From: Tubiluchus corallicola
Lineage: Eukaryota; Animalia; Priapulida
DNA: 57,632 nt
Direction of reading: 5' to 3'
Assembly (NCBI GenBank): GCA_030141605.1
Contig: JAQGDQ010001170.1
Coordinates: 1 to 57,632, forward strand
Shown here: positions 35,364 through 48,292 of the stretch, piece by piece
Position numbering within the stretch: the stretch's first letter is position 1
How the letters are laid out: every line of letters begins with the position of its first letter
Made by a program: the position numbers and the translations under genes
Notes under the pieces: generated by a model
What the model saw: the letters and a program-made list of their open reading frames with translations, nothing else
Database searches by the model: none
What the model was told of the DNA's origin: nothing

Positions 35364-36839
35364 ATGCTGAAGCCGTACTCACTAGAGGACGGCACGCCTA
35401 ATCGATTTAGGAATGCTTCATACTATAAGATGGGTGAGGGTGGTGACATGATGTCCAAACATGCGCAAGACAATGGCTTCCTTTCAATTCCGGAGGTGGT
35501 GGTGACCGGTTCCGGTCCGCCGTCTCCGTGTGTGACGGAATCCACCGCCGAGACGGAGATCAGCGAGAAGACGCCGCCACCGTCACAGAAACGCAACCGT
35601 TACGTCTACGGCAAACGCGAGAAGTTGCATCGACGACGAATCGTTCAGAAAAGCGGGACGTTAAACGTGGCCGTGGCTAATGTCGACAACCACACTAGGC
35701 AATACATCGCCGACTTCTTCACGACTTTGGTCGATCTAAAATGGCGATGGACGATCGGAATATTTGCCATGGGATTTTTGATAAGCTGGTTGTCTTTTGC
35801 GGTCATCTGGTGGCTTATATGCTATGCACACGGCGACTTTGACCACTTCGGCGATAACGACTGGACGCCTTGTGTCCGAGAACAGATGTCTTTTGCGTCA
35901 TCATTTCTGTTCTCCTTAGAAACGCAGCACACTATAGGTTACGGTTCTAGGCACATTACGGAGGAGTGTCCAGAAGCAATACTGACTTTGATAATGCAAA
36001 GCATTACCGGGGTGCTGATCCAGTGTTTTGTGGTGGGTATGGTGTTTAGCAAAGTCTCTCGACCAAAGAAACGAGCTCAGACGTTAATGTTCAGCCGCAA
36101 CGCTGTAATATGTAAGCGTGATAATAAACTGTGTCTTTTATTCCGTGTCGGAGATATGAGAAGATCTCAAATACTAGAGGCTCACGTTCGCGTCATTGTC
36201 ATCAAAAAGAAGGTGACGGAGGAAGGTGAAGTTATTCCGCTGCACAGGTACGACTTGAACGTGGGATTCGACACTGGTTTGGATCGGATCTTTATGATCT
36301 GGCCTGTGACCGTGACGCACGTGATTGATGAAGACAGTCCGTTTTACGAAATGACGGCCGACGACTTTGAAAACCAAAAGTTCGAGATAGTCGTGATTTT
36401 AGAGGGCATCATCGAGTCGACTGGCATGACCACGCAAGCCAGGTCGTCGTACCTCAACGGCGAAGTTCTGTGGGGGTACAGGTTTCAACGTCTGGTCACA
36501 TTCCAACGGGAGGATGGCTTGTACAGAATTGACTACTCACGCTTTCACAATACGATACCAGTTGAAACTCCCAATCTTAGCGCACAGCAGTTGGACGAAC
36601 TGAAAGCCCGAGGTCGTCGATCGGGTCTGTCACCTCTAGCTCCGGTTAACCTGTCCGGTTCGCGGGTGTTGCTTTTCGATCCGGACGACACGGAGCTGAT
36701 CACGCCAGGCAGTGATCGACGCAGGTCAGAAGATGATGAAGAAGACGAACTAGAGGAAATGAACGTTCGGAACAATAACGACTTTAATGCCGCCGGTGAT
36801 GCATTACGGCATTTTAACGTTTTGACTGATATGCGATGA
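35364..36839 (+). CDS. Inward-rectifier potassium channel (Kir / Irk family), single coding exon, 491 aa
   Basis: DFFTTLVDLKWRW slide helix, TM1, selectivity filter FLFSLETQHTIGYG (TIGYG at 35931), TEECP, TM2, KVSRPKKRAQTLMFS PIP2 motif, FEIVVILEG and SSYLNGEVLWGYRF. Acceptor TTTATTGCAG ends at 35339, and an in-frame TGA at 35343 precedes ATG 35364. Confidence 0.96.
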   Translation: MLKPYSLEDGTPNRFRNASYYKMGEGGDMMSKHAQDNGFLSIPEVVVTGSGPPSPCVTESTAETEISEKTPPPSQKRNRYVYGKREKLHRRRIVQKSGTLNVAVANVDNHTRQYIADFFTTLVDLKWRWTIGIFAMGFLISWLSFAVIWWLICYAHGDFDHFGDNDWTPCVREQMSFASSFLFSLETQHTIGYGSRHITEECPEAILTLIMQSITGVLIQCFVVGMVFSKVSRPKKRAQTLMFSRNAVICKRDNKLCLLFRVGDMRRSQILEAHVRVIVIKKKVTEEGEVIPLHRYDLNVGFDTGLDRIFMIWPVTVTHVIDEDSPFYEMTADDFENQKFEIVVILEGIIESTGMTTQARSSYLNGEVLWGYRFQRLVTFQREDGLYRIDYSRFHNTIPVETPNLSAQQLDELKARGRRSGLSPLAPVNLSGSRVLLFDPDDTELITPGSDRRRSEDDEEDELEEMNVRNNNDFNAAGDALRHFNVLTDMR

Positions 36840-37990
36840 GGCAAAGGTCGTTGTTGTGATTCTTCATCTTTAAATTCTTGTAAATAATTCCGCATCAAAT
36901 TGGCATTTTGCATGGTTTGATCTTTTGAAACGATTTTGTCCAAATGTGTATAAGTGGTACAATATTTTCTGTGAAATTTTCCACTTATAAAATGTGAAGT
37001 GTAGTATTTGGTGAAAGGTTATAAGCCTTTACTATATCACGGTCAGATCAGCTGTGAGGAGTTGAGAAAATTCTTGAATTATATAAAGTAGTTACCCCGC
37101 GTGCACTTGTGGAACATTGAACATAATCACGACAACCCTATGTCGTTGGTATTTTGACTAGCAACGTATTTTGAACATTTTCTGAAGCAGACGTGTAACG
37201 CCACATGTCGTTCCAGTCGATTTCACAAAATATTGATTTTTGAATGGCAAAAACAAGGTATTAAACATAGACAATCAGATTAGCTCAGGATCAACTGATT
37301 ACATTGAGCCTGGAAGCTGGTGGCACAGTCAAGAGTAAAAAGAATTTGGAGCAAGCAAAAGGACAAAAACTCATCTAGTTGGACATTGTCAATTCTGAAA
37401 TAAGATTAGTATACGTTAGCACTTCTTTTGAACAGAAAAAATGGAATGAGTGGACAAAAACCTCCAAAACAGCGTTTAGTTTTTGAATAATCACCTGCCT
37501 CTGCAGTTTTTTTTTACAAAAGATTCTGTTAGCTTCGACTGCAGCGGTGATTTATTATACCCTCTTTTACGCTTAAATTTTTTCCCCAAAATTACTTAAA
37601 CCCCGAGAACGCTCGCACATTACACTTTCAACATTGTCACAAATGCAAATGCAAACGCTTAAGCGTAACTAAGGAGTTCCTGGCGCCATCCAACGAGTAA
37701 AACGTGCGAGAACAAGTTCCAGACTTTCTTTGGAAAGTGACAAATTCACCATGCGTTTCCTTTTTCACAAACCACCAAGAAAAAGTTAAAAGTATCAGAA
37801 AATCTTAGAGCATTTTCTTACTGTTTTTTGTGCAAACCCGAAACTTATAAAGCATGCTGTATTTGACCATTAAGCTGTGCAAACCAATAGCTTTGTTGAT
37901 CTCAAACTCATCACAAAGTGGTGCGAATGCCGTGCTTCCATTCTACATTTTATATTTTAATTAATATGTCACTGGTGGTAATTGATACTA

Positions 37991-38387
37991 CAGTAAACTC
38001 TGCGTAACTCAAAACATATAACTCAAATTTTTTCGCCTAACTCAAATTAAAAATTATGCTCATTTTAATCAAAATACGTCGCCTAACTCAAAAATGCAAT
38101 TAGTACTCTAGAAAAAAAAAACGTTTTCGTACAACTCAAAAACTGCATCGTTTAACAGTGTTGTGCACATGTTATTTTGTAACATAAGAAAATCGTATTT
38201 CACTGCATAATTTATTATTCTCTGTCATCAAATCTTGTCGTTTATGTATAGAAGGGTTGATTTCTGCCTTCGAATTTCGCTCGCCATCTGGAGGAGGGGT
38301 TTAGAGTTTCTATGCTGGACAGTGGTCAGCATCGCCTAATTCGTTTTTTCCCGCTCCGCTTGGATTGGAGTTATGCGGAGTTTACTG
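37991..38387. mobile_element. Tigger/pogo-like MITE
   Basis: TA|CAGTAAACTCTGCGTAACTC ... GAGTTATGCGGAGTTTACTG|TA. Confidence 0.82.
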
Positions 38388-38724
38388 TACTGATTTGCCA
38401 AAATAAAATGTGTTAATAAACAGTGCCTACAAGCAGTGCAGTACAAAATGATGTGCCTCACCTTGTAAATAAACATCCGAAAGTTTATGCAAGTTATGTA
38501 AATTTGCTTCGACACGGTTATCACAGCTGTTTTTACCGTGTATGTAATTTTTGATACGATTATTTTTCTACGAGTCGTTGTGATATGTATATACGAGAAT
38601 CGACAATAGGCGTAGTTGATGAATTTTTCTTTGCATGTCTGTAAACGGGCCCGAACGGCCCCGAGGTGCATTAGTTGTAATTGTTAATTTGAATTTGAAT
38701 GGTTTCCATTTTCTACGAACATAA

Positions 38725-39264
38725 AGGAAGACCGGACGATTGCTTAGACTCAAAATCATTTTTATTTACTGTCCGAAATATACATTTTCTTGCCTATAAA
38801 AGTTACCAATTGTTCCTCATATTTGAATAATTAGCTTAGAAAGTTAATTAACGGCAACCAAACGCAGCTATTGCTTACATCAGAAACTAACCACAGTTTG
38901 TGCAATGGCGAGTGTCTTCCCTTGCGCGTCAAACGCATTTGGGTAAGTGTTAGTGCTTAAATGCGTGATGTCATGAAAATGGGCTCCACGTCATATGACG
39001 TCAGAAACTAACATTGCAGTTCATGATCATGCTTATCACGGTACCGTCTTCTATTTGTTGGTCAAGCGAATGTGACAAAAAGGGACCGTTGCCAAACTTA
39101 GTAGGTTCACTGAGCCGGGCGTAGCTTTGAAAGTTTAACGAAATTTGAGTATCCGAGGTAATTATTATTTAACCCTAGCTTTGATTTTAAAAAAGCTATT
39201 GTAGTTTTCAATATTTTAGAGAAATCTTTATTCTGAACTAATGTCTACACAATCGTCCGTTTCT
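38725..39264 (+). mobile_element. TTAA-type Kolobok/T2-like MITE, family A copy 3
   Basis: Collinear with 6686-7212 (AGGAAGACCGGACGATTG ... ACAATCGTCCG). Confidence 0.8.
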
Positions 39265-39589
39265 TTAATAGAGTGTATATGTGAATTTTTGTTAAGCATA
39301 CCGAATGCACGAACAACCTAGCATTTTGATATTAGATCATGCACACGAAGCTTGTTTTGTTTTACATCCCATCTTACTACTTTATATTTTCTTGTTAAAT
39401 TAGGTTTTGTATTCGTTTTCTCGTTATCAGCAACTAACTTTAAGCATCCGGAGTCAATGGTGGAATCATAAATCATAAGATTGTCACTATATTTCTGAAA
39501 TAGTGTAAATTTGAAATGAGGAACGTGCTCTCCTTAATTTTCAGAACGTCAGTTTAGTTAATAAGCCTTTTCACAGTTTCGTTGTGCGC

Positions 39590-39840
39590 ATGCGCAGTTG
39601 CTGTAGATGAAAGGTACCACGGCAACGCATCTACGATCGTCACTTGACATGTGGGTAATGCAAAACATCAGTTCAGTAACTTCAGTTGTAATGTGTGGAG
39701 TTTACTTTAATTGTGCATTAGTGTGATTTACTAGAAGGATCTTGCTTGGAAACGAGAAAAAATGAACCAGGTAAGATCTTAGCTAGCTGTTAAAACTGTT
39801 ACTATCACAGTAGCATGGGCTGCAAGGCATTGTCAAGTAT
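39590..39840 (+). repeat. Dispersed repeat, homolog at ~49120-49355
   Basis: Shared GACATGTGGGTAA...ACATCAGTTCAGTA...GGATCTTG...AGGTAAG...AAAACTGTTACTAT..ACAGTAGCATGGGCTGC. Confidence 0.7.
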
Positions 39841-40191
39841 ACACAAATGCGTTGTCTGGTACACTTAACCCTTTGACCTTTTCACGATCATCATCAATCT
39901 TAGGAACTGTGAAAACGCTTATTGTCATCGTGTGATAATTATGGCTGGCCATAATTAGTTGGCAGTATTTTAAACGGTAATTTTTGGATTGTTTACTATG
40001 TGGTACAACATTCGTTTTCAATTTCATTCTTATCGTATTTCTGACATGACCTTTTTATTTAACATGCTGTAATACTTACAATGATGTAAAATTTTGATAC
40101 AGTTCGTGTTCCGACTAATACAATTTCCGATTTAATACTTGGGCAGTGGTATAATTATCATGTAAAACGCTGCAGGCTCCTGCATTTTTAA

Positions 40192-40809
40192 AGGAAGAGA
40201 AGATGATTTTTCATATACTATCCCATTTTCAAGACCGATAAAAAGTATACATTTTAACACGATTAATACTGCAGAAGCGTTTCTGATAATTAAATAAGAG
40301 ATTAAAAACTTAATTAATGGCAGGCAAGCCCAACTATTGATGACATCACAAACTAACAACTTTCAACAGGAAAAATATTCGACGAGTGTGTTGCACGCGT
40401 TTGCGAAAGCAAAAATTGTGCTACTGTTCAATGCGTTGTACTAAAACTTTCAGTTTTGAACTGAAACTAAAAGTTTCAAGATAAACATTCAAATTTCAAA
40501 TTTATCGCTGTGCTCACGCATGAGCTGTCGAACATGTGTAGTTCATCACAAACTAACACATCTGAACTGAGAAGTATAGCACCTGTTTTTTGTGCAATGT
40601 GTTTCCGAAATGCAGGTGCTAGTGCCTGTCTAACTAACGAATGGTGAAATGCATGTAACAGAGAAGAACTAGTGGTGCGAATGTGAAATTGTTACTGTGG
40701 TAATAATTCTTTCACGCAAGTCATTTTTGAAAAAATAGTACGTTTCCTTTCAATATTTTAAAGAGTAGATTGTTTTGACCTACAGCTTAAGATTGTATCC
40801 AGTTTTGCT
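40192..40809 (+). mobile_element. TTAA-flanked non-autonomous element, family B
   Basis: TTAA|AGGAAGAGAAGATGATTTTTCATATAC ... CCAGTTTTGCT|TTAA. It is the reverse-complement homolog of 55208-55811, with a deleted derivative at ~6193-6420. Confidence 0.8.
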
Positions 40810-41991
40810 TTAAATTGACTTGCTAAAGTAAAACGTTAGTTAATAGCCAGTTTACACGTGTGCCCATCGTGGTAGCAGCGCCCATCTGACACCCGAATTT
40901 TAAACCTTAACTGAAAATAACTTTTTTGTGATAAAATTTCTTGCATGTTTCTAGATTGTATTGTATTATATTATAAAGTTTTTGGATTTGAACTTTCTAC
41001 TTTTTTGATTGTGTAATAAATTGTTGAATCATAAAAAATCTCCGCTGAACTGGTTTATTGGTATTCGTCGTTGTTGAACATCTAAACAACAGTGTGAACA
41101 GACCAAGTTCTGAGGATTCGGAATGTCTACCGTTTTCCCAATTATCTGTGAATGTAACAAAGTGGAAGAAAAAACAATTGTAAAGTCTGTCCCAATAAAT
41201 TGTCCAGACAAAGTCATAGCATTAGCATTGCCTTTACAAAGACTTATGTAACTAGAAAAGAGAATTCTTGGTAATTTAAAATGCTCGAGCCAAATGGAAA
41301 AATGTCACTCGTGTACCTTCCCAGTGTGCACCAGTCACTCGCCAAAAAAACATATTTAATCTTATTGACAGGACAAAGTATTGCACTGATTATGTTTTCA
41401 AACTTTACGTAACGTTACGTTATCTAAACTTGTTTCAAACGACTTACAAAATGTTTCAAAATGTAACAGCCATCGTGGGAGTTCAAAATTTACAAGTTTT
41501 ATAAAGCATTACTGCCAATACAAGTTCTGTGCGAAACAAGGCAGTATGTAAGTTTTAAGGCAAAGTTTTTTAACTTTATTTAAGTACATGTAAAGGGTTT
41601 TCTTGTGCGTTAGCAATTAAATTTACTTAGTAGGTGAACGAGTCGAGTTAATCAGTCAATCACAACAGACCACATGCACATAATGATCAAATTTAAAGTT
41701 TATATATTACATATAAACATATTTGCATATACACATTATCAAATTCAGATCTGTTACATCAATTTAGGATATAATTTTCATAGTTATACTGAACACACGT
41801 AGAAGCAAATGTTACGAAATATGTTATTATTGTATGAGTAAAGTGTTGGTCGTCACGGAAGACAACACATGTTGCAAATGGCGGACTTGCCGAAAATTTT
41901 TATAAGTATGCTCATTTTGATTTTCAATGGCTTTAAATTTTATAGAAATTATTTAATTCATAATCGAGATTCGATGTGTGCGTGCTTTTAT

Positions 41992-42531
41992 CAGTGGCGG
42001 TTCATGTATACAGTGGAACTACAGCACCCCAATTTTCACGCAATATTATCAGTAACATTTAATATAATAATCCTTTTTTCTTTAGTTGTTTCTTCATACT
42101 TGTACAGAACCAGAGCACGTGAGGGGACTACTGTTTGCTTCACAGCCTAGCACAGTGATGCGTTTAGCTGTTGTGCATATACGGCTACTCACACATCTCT
42201 GAGATAATATGCTGTATGCTGCACTGCTAACGTCTGCTGCTAGGTAGAGAAAGTACTGTCGCTCACACAGTTTTGTCACCTGCCACGTGCTTAAAAACCG
42301 TGTACCGGCATATTCTTGAACTGCGGAAATTTAAGCTATTCGTAAGCAAACAAATTTTTGTTTAGGATTTTATCTAGTTTATGTATAAATTTTCACACGT
42401 TTGTTTTGTTTAAAATTACAATTACGACATTAAAATTACATACGTTCGTTTTGTTTTACACAGTATTAAAACAATGGGCAAAAATTTTCTGAAGAAGCAC
42501 CCCCACTAATTTTAACTACAAACTGCCACTG
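41992..42531. mobile_element. hAT-like MITE
   Basis: CAGTGGCGGTT ... AACTGCCACTG termini with partly matching 8-bp flanks (GCTTTTAT / AATTTTAC). Confidence 0.55.
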
Positions 42532-42711
42532 AATTTTACCGTCACTATGCATTATTTTGAACAGGGTGATGAAAACTAGCCAATGGGTTTTAACAATGCA
42601 GTTAGTTTAGCAAATTGCCATTGGGTAGTTACTTCATCATTGTCACGTGCCGATGCTTTTTTTATAAATGTTTGTAATGAAAACTTATTTTCAAAACTAG
42701 TGACAACAGTA

Positions 42712-43200
42712 CAGTCAACCTCGGGTATAAGGTACTCGCTTATAAGGGACACTCGCTTGTAAGGGACCACCAACACTAGTCCCGATTTTTCGTAACGTTT
42801 TTCCTATGCAAAAATCTGCATATATAAGGTCCTCGGATAGAAGGGACTTTCGGTTATAAGGAACGATATATTCAGATCCCGTGTAATAGAAAGCCAGGTA
42901 AATTACCTCGCATATAAGGGATCCCATGATCAAAGCGAAATTGATAGATTTTTAACCTCTATTTTTTGCAAACTCGGCCTTCGAACAGCTGGGTTTCGGC
43001 GGTCACATATATCTTGGAGCTTCCTACATACCGTTTGCACTGAATGTGTAGCAATAATCCATAAAAATGTGGGTAAACGTACAGAAAAGTACAGGTCTAG
43101 ATGCACCCTCGGTCTGACTCAACTCTGGCTATAAGGGACATCGGGCATAAGGGACGGTTCTTTCCGGTCCGGAGGTGTCCCTTATATCCGAGGTTGACTG
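42712..43200. mobile_element. Tigger/pogo-like MITE
   Basis: TA|CAGTCAACCTCGGGTATAAGG ... CCTTATATCCGAGGTTGACTG|TA, with internal TAAGGGAC repeats. Confidence 0.88.
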
Positions 43201-43826
43201 TAATAACGATTAATTATTGTGCACAAAAACATAAGCTAATATTTTGATATCGTTACAGGTAGAAAGATATTAAACATGATAAATTTACTAAGCTACACTG
43301 AAATAGATAATGTCAGTCCTTTAGTAGCAGGAACTTAAGCAAGAACTAATGTCAGTCCTTTAGCAAGAACAATGATTATAGCAATTATCATTGCCATACT
43401 GTATATTATAGACAGCGAATTATTTCTTGAGTAAGCGAAAATTAATGGAAAAGCTATTGTTACCAAAAAATAGAAGTGTTTGGAGGAAGAGATGACCATT
43501 GGCCAGCAAAAATTGGTCTTACACTGGCTGTTAGTAACAGCTTTAGCACCGCAGGACACTTACAATTACGATTAGTAAGCGAAGAAAACCGTACCTCAAT
43601 GTACAATTAGTTATAGCAAAATTAATTCTTTTCTTATTTTTTAGCAGAAATCACAGCAACAAGGCATGATGCTGGCAAGTCGTCTCTCCTCGACCTGGTG
43701 CTGCCATCTAGCCACCATTTCACAAAGCGTTCCTGCTGTCCAAAGCAAGCAGATGCAATACCACCGATTAGCATGGATGGTTTGTATTTACAAACGGCAC
43801 TGTCAGCTGCAATAAGTAAGCAATCG

Positions 43827-43917
43827 TCATCGCCGGGGCTGTCGAATCTCGTGCCATTTGTTCAATAACACTTGTCTCTTTTTCCATATCATTTTGTTAC
43901 CGTATGACGAATACCAG
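43827..43917 (-). CDS. PARL: PARL mitochondrial rhomboid protease, last coding exon
   Basis: Acceptor TTTCAG, then (I)WYSSYGNKMIWKKRQVLLNKWHEIRQPRR* with TGA at 43829-43827. Confidence 0.92.
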
Positions 43918-44515
43918 CTGAAAGAAAAAAATTTGCATAAAAAAATTCAGAAGTCCAGCCATTAAAACGAGACACAATGCTTTTAATACAGCTCTCGGTG
44001 CTATCCTGTGGGGAAAGAATACGGATATAAAACTAATGGCACATTCATACTAGTATGACAGCAAACTCGCAAGTGTGAACTGCTTTGCGAGTTAGATTTG
44101 GCATTTCTAGCAGAGGACAGAGAAGGGAATGGCAGGTTATGTTTACTGTAGGAGAGCAACTCGCAGCAAGTTTTGTTTCTAGTCTGAACACGCTTGTGAG
44201 TTACTCTCGACAGTTCTCACAGCGAATAGAGAACTGAGTGTTAACTCATGCTTACTGTAGGAGAGTAACTCGCAGCAAGATTTGCTTTCTAGTCTGAACA
44301 CGCTTGTGAATTACTTGGTGACAAAACTCACAAGTCTGAACACACCGCGCTACCAGACAACAGGGGGTACCTGTTAACTTTCAATATGGATTGGGAGAGG
44401 CTGTAGTTAACAGGGAAGAACTTTTCCCATAAGTTTTGCATTTAGGAAAGAAAGGCAGTTGCAGTTACACACAGTCAAACAAATAAAAATTATACATCAG
44501 TACGAAGTCTTGGTA

Positions 44516-45234
44516 CAGTAAGTCCTCGCTTTAACGATGTTTCATATTAATGACGCTGAACATTTGTCACCTTTTTCTCACTTAACAATGCACCGTTTTA
44601 TTTTAACGACGATTTTTTTACTTTGCTCACAGCCAATTTTTATTTTATCGGCAATTTTTTACCTGATTTGAAGCATTAAGATGGTACATATTGCATAATT
44701 CTGTTCTAAAAATGCATTAGTAACCTAAATAAGTGCAATTATTATAATGTTTTTGCTTCCTAATTGACTACGTATTAAATTCTAGCTATTTGTAACAAGC
44801 GACACCCGAGTTTAAACTTTATGCCAAGGAATTTTGTCTATAACCTGTTGCTATAATAAACAAGTTAGTACTACATGACATTGTCTCAAGGTAGCTCCAT
44901 GGAGAACTTGGCTTTCATTGCGTAGTGTTGAACACACGCTGTTTAAATAGGAGGAAAAATTGCTAGCAAGTTTAGCTAGATACTGGCAAAAAAGATAGGT
45001 GGTTTTAACCAAACAAAAAGATTATTATTCACTAGAAATGCGAATAAAACTCATAAATATAAAAACTTATAGCTTATAGATTTAAGCAGCATTGATACAT
45101 TGATTTTTGGGTCTGGAACGCATCTCAATTTATTTACATTACTTCCTATGGAAGTTTTCGTTTCGTTTAATGACGTTTCACTTAACGCTAAGTTTTGCTG
45201 GAACGCATTGGCGTCGTTAAGCGAGGACTTACTG
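44516..45234. mobile_element. Tigger/pogo-like MITE in a PARL intron
   Basis: TA|CAGTAAGTCCTCGCTTTAACG ... CGTTAAGCGAGGACTTACTG|TA. Confidence 0.88.
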
Positions 45235-45312
45235 TACTTATCAAATTTGAAAGAGTCATGTAAATTGTGACTGTACATAAATAAATACAAAAAAGTACTT
45301 ATTCCGACTTAC

Positions 45313-45410
45313 ATTCCAAACAGTGCACCACCTAGATGAGCCGCGTGATCGAATAACCGCCAACCGAGAACTACTCCAGCCGAATCCAGAAAGACAATTG
45401 CTTTTATAGC
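45313..45410 (-). CDS. PARL: PARL exon (98 nt) with catalytic His
   Basis: CAG|[32 protein letters not shown]|GTAAGT. Confidence 0.95.
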
Positions 45411-46223
45411 CTGGAGATAGAAATGATAATGAACAATACGGAACAATTTATTACGTTAAAATATTGCTGAAACAATACAGACTTTATCATGCATTCGAAA
45501 TCTGATGTGAAAGCCTCCTACGTCTCGCAAAACTTGCAATCTTGAGGGTACGAAGTAGTTTGTTTGACTGCTTTTATTTGCTGTGATGCATAATTACTGA
45601 TAAAAAACACAAGGATGTTTTATAGTACATAGAACTTCAATTTTGATGGAGTGGTTTATATTAGAATGTTACAATGTTTTTGGATTCATTAAAATAAAGG
45701 AATTTTATTTTAAAGATATTATGTTGCCTGTATTTCGCAAATTATGAAATTAAAAATGATTTTGCTCATATAAATTCAAACGTGGTTTGATACTTCTGTT
45801 GCCTGGGCCAGGAGACCCTAAAACTTCACAGTGGTCAGCACTGAAGAAACGCCGCAATTCCGACAAAAGCACGTCACAAACTATTATGTAAATGAAATTT
45901 TCGCTTTACGCGGTCTATTCTAACCAAGATCTTTCCGCGGTTTTTGACATCCATGAGAAAAGAAAAGTAGGAAAAACAACATTGGACAAATACTAGTAAA
46001 ACCTGTAAAAAATGTCACCGAAAATTATCCAAAATTTCGGCTACGAACTTAACAAATTTTGCCGAAACCGAAACTTAACCGAAAGCGCAATTATCGGCAA
46101 ACCAAACCGAAGCCTTTTGTTTCAGTGACATCCGATGCCTGATGATTTTAATCATCATACGTCAAGCAATACTAAATGCAGTTGATACAATGTTAACAAA
46201 GAAATACCAAAAAATATACTTAC

Positions 46224-46325
46224 ATTACCCGCAGTAAAGGTGAACCAGGGTATTAACAAAATAGAGAGGGTAGCATTAGGCATTTGCGTACACACGACAC
46301 CTATGACGGACATAATTGCACCACT
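46224..46325 (-). CDS. PARL: PARL exon (102 nt) with catalytic Ser
   Basis: TAG|SGAIMSVIGVVCTQMPNATLSILLIPWFTFTAGN|GTAAGT. It completes the GASG motif. Confidence 0.95.
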
Positions 46326-46851
46326 CTAAAAAAAATAAACCAACTTATGTACAGAATTGAAAGTACAAGACAACACTATTCTATCCCACTTCTGACACCA
46401 TAAAGTAAACTAGATGATAGAGACAATAGTGTTACATGTTTATTTTTGTCCATCATGACTTGTTGAACACACTAACAATATGCAACTTAATATAGTCCAC
46501 TATAGATCTTACATACACAAATGGCTAGCACTTAGCAGTTAGACGAAAAGCAAGAATGCAATAGCGCATTTTTAGCACAGAGTAACACAACACTTACTGT
46601 TTTAATGCTTCAAATTAGGTAAATACGTAGTCCACAAAATAAAAAATGGCTTTGAGCAAAGTAAAAAAATCGTCGTTGAAGTGAAACGTCGCTAAAGGAG
46701 AATTCGCTAAGGATTAACTGTACTTTCCAGAGCTGCGCGAAAATCAAAGCAGCAAAACTGAAGCAGAAAAAGCTTTTAGTCCTCCTACTCTGTTTTTTAA
46801 GCACAAATTTTATATTTTATCTACGATAATCAATAATCTTACTGTACTTAC

Positions 46852-46922
46852 CGCCCCTAGCGATAAACCAACTCGTGCAATGGCACTTTTATGCATATAG
46901 CTTGTGAAACTGGATATCACAC
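46852..46922 (-). CDS. PARL: PARL exon (71 nt)
   Basis: CAG|(S)VISSFTSYMHKSAIARVGLSLGA|GTAAGT; phases are consistent with neighbouring exons. Confidence 0.93.
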
Positions 46923-47416
46923 CTGTATAAACAAGATGGTATCTACATGAAATGCATGTTTAGTAGAACTTTTTTACACGGGCAAAGTGCATAGGATGTG
47001 GAAAAACTTTTGCGCAAGTAAATCGCATTTCAAGAATGGCAACCTGTGAAGAACGTACATGTGACTAAACAGAAATTGGAAGAATAACTTGAAACTACCA
47101 CAAATTAGAGAACAGAACGACAATTTTATCAACAAAATTTACTACTGCATTTTTAATTAATCTGACCGCGATTAACATAACAACGCCTTGATATGGTCAG
47201 CTAATATTTACTACTGCATTTTTATTTAATCTGACCGCGGTTCACATAACAATGCCTTGATATGGTCAGTTAATATTTCTTTCTTAAATATTTCATTTGA
47301 ATATTTTCAATCTTTTCACACGAATCTCCTAATGGTGTGATTCAGTAATGGGTGACAGTACGAAGATGAAGCAAACTTAACCCAAACAATCATACAAAAC
47401 TTAACTGGATTGTTAA

Positions 47417-48084
47417 AGGACAAGGAAAGGGGCACCTGAAGTAGGTTTCAGAAAAATCGCCTTAAAAAATTATACTACTTTACAGCAATTTTATGCACAT
47501 ATCGTACTCGCGTTGAAAGGAATTTTCGTTTGTTTTCATTTTAAATCTCCCGCAATACTGTTCCGACTGCGCCATTACATGACGTCACTACGTCACGTAA
47601 ATCAGGGGAAGAAAAGGCAATGTTAAATTATGACCCAAAAAACTTTCTGTGCAAATCTATATTAGCTAGCATTTTGCTTACCTGCTGGAAAGACTTATGT
47701 TAACTAGAAATAATAATTTAAAGTGTTCATGCCAATTGGTAAATTTCGCTGATTCACCTTCCAGGGTGCGCCACTCACTAGCCAAAAACGTATTTTTCAT
47801 GTTATTGACAAGATACAGTAATTTAAAATTTTACTTAATGAGCAACATGTATGCCACGAATGCTCTGATTATTTTTTCAAACTTTACTTAATGTCAAAAC
47901 TTGTTGCAAACGACCTACCATTAAAATGACTGCGTCTAACGGTCATCACTGGAGTTTAAATTTACACGTTTTATACAGCGTTAAGGCTGATGCAAGCCAC
48001 GCATACGAAAAGGTAGTACGTAAGTGGAATAAAATTTTGAGACAAATATTTAAGCTTTATGTAAGTGGAGGGTTTTCTTGTGCT
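47417..48084 (+). mobile_element. TTAA-flanked non-autonomous element, family C, in a PARL intron
   Basis: TTAA|AGGACAAGGAAAGGGG ... GGGTTTTCTTGTGCT|TTAA; homolog of 27389-28059. Confidence 0.8.
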
Positions 48085-48292
48085 TTAACAAACTTAACCC
48101 ACACAATCACACAAAACTTAACAGGATTTTTAACAAACTTAACCCAAATAATTTTACAAAATTTAACGGGATTGTTAATAAGCACCCATACAACCATATA
48201 AAACTGAAGAAGACAGTCCAGAAAAATCAACAATCCTCTAAAAAAATTCATGAGAGAATGAGAAAATGATTAGCCCTGCCCTAGGCCTACAC

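Noticed and set aside
36545-36943. Antisense ORFs over Kir and the cGLR gene
   Set aside because: They are shadow ORFs of real coding sequence with no independent evidence.
40132-40359. ORF nearly identical to part of 55512..55892, suggesting a duplicated gene
   Set aside because: Both lie within copies of the family B non-autonomous element.
43803-43829. Stop-codon readthrough at PARL TGA-C
   Set aside because: The context is not the strong TGA-CTAG motif, and it would add only a few residues.
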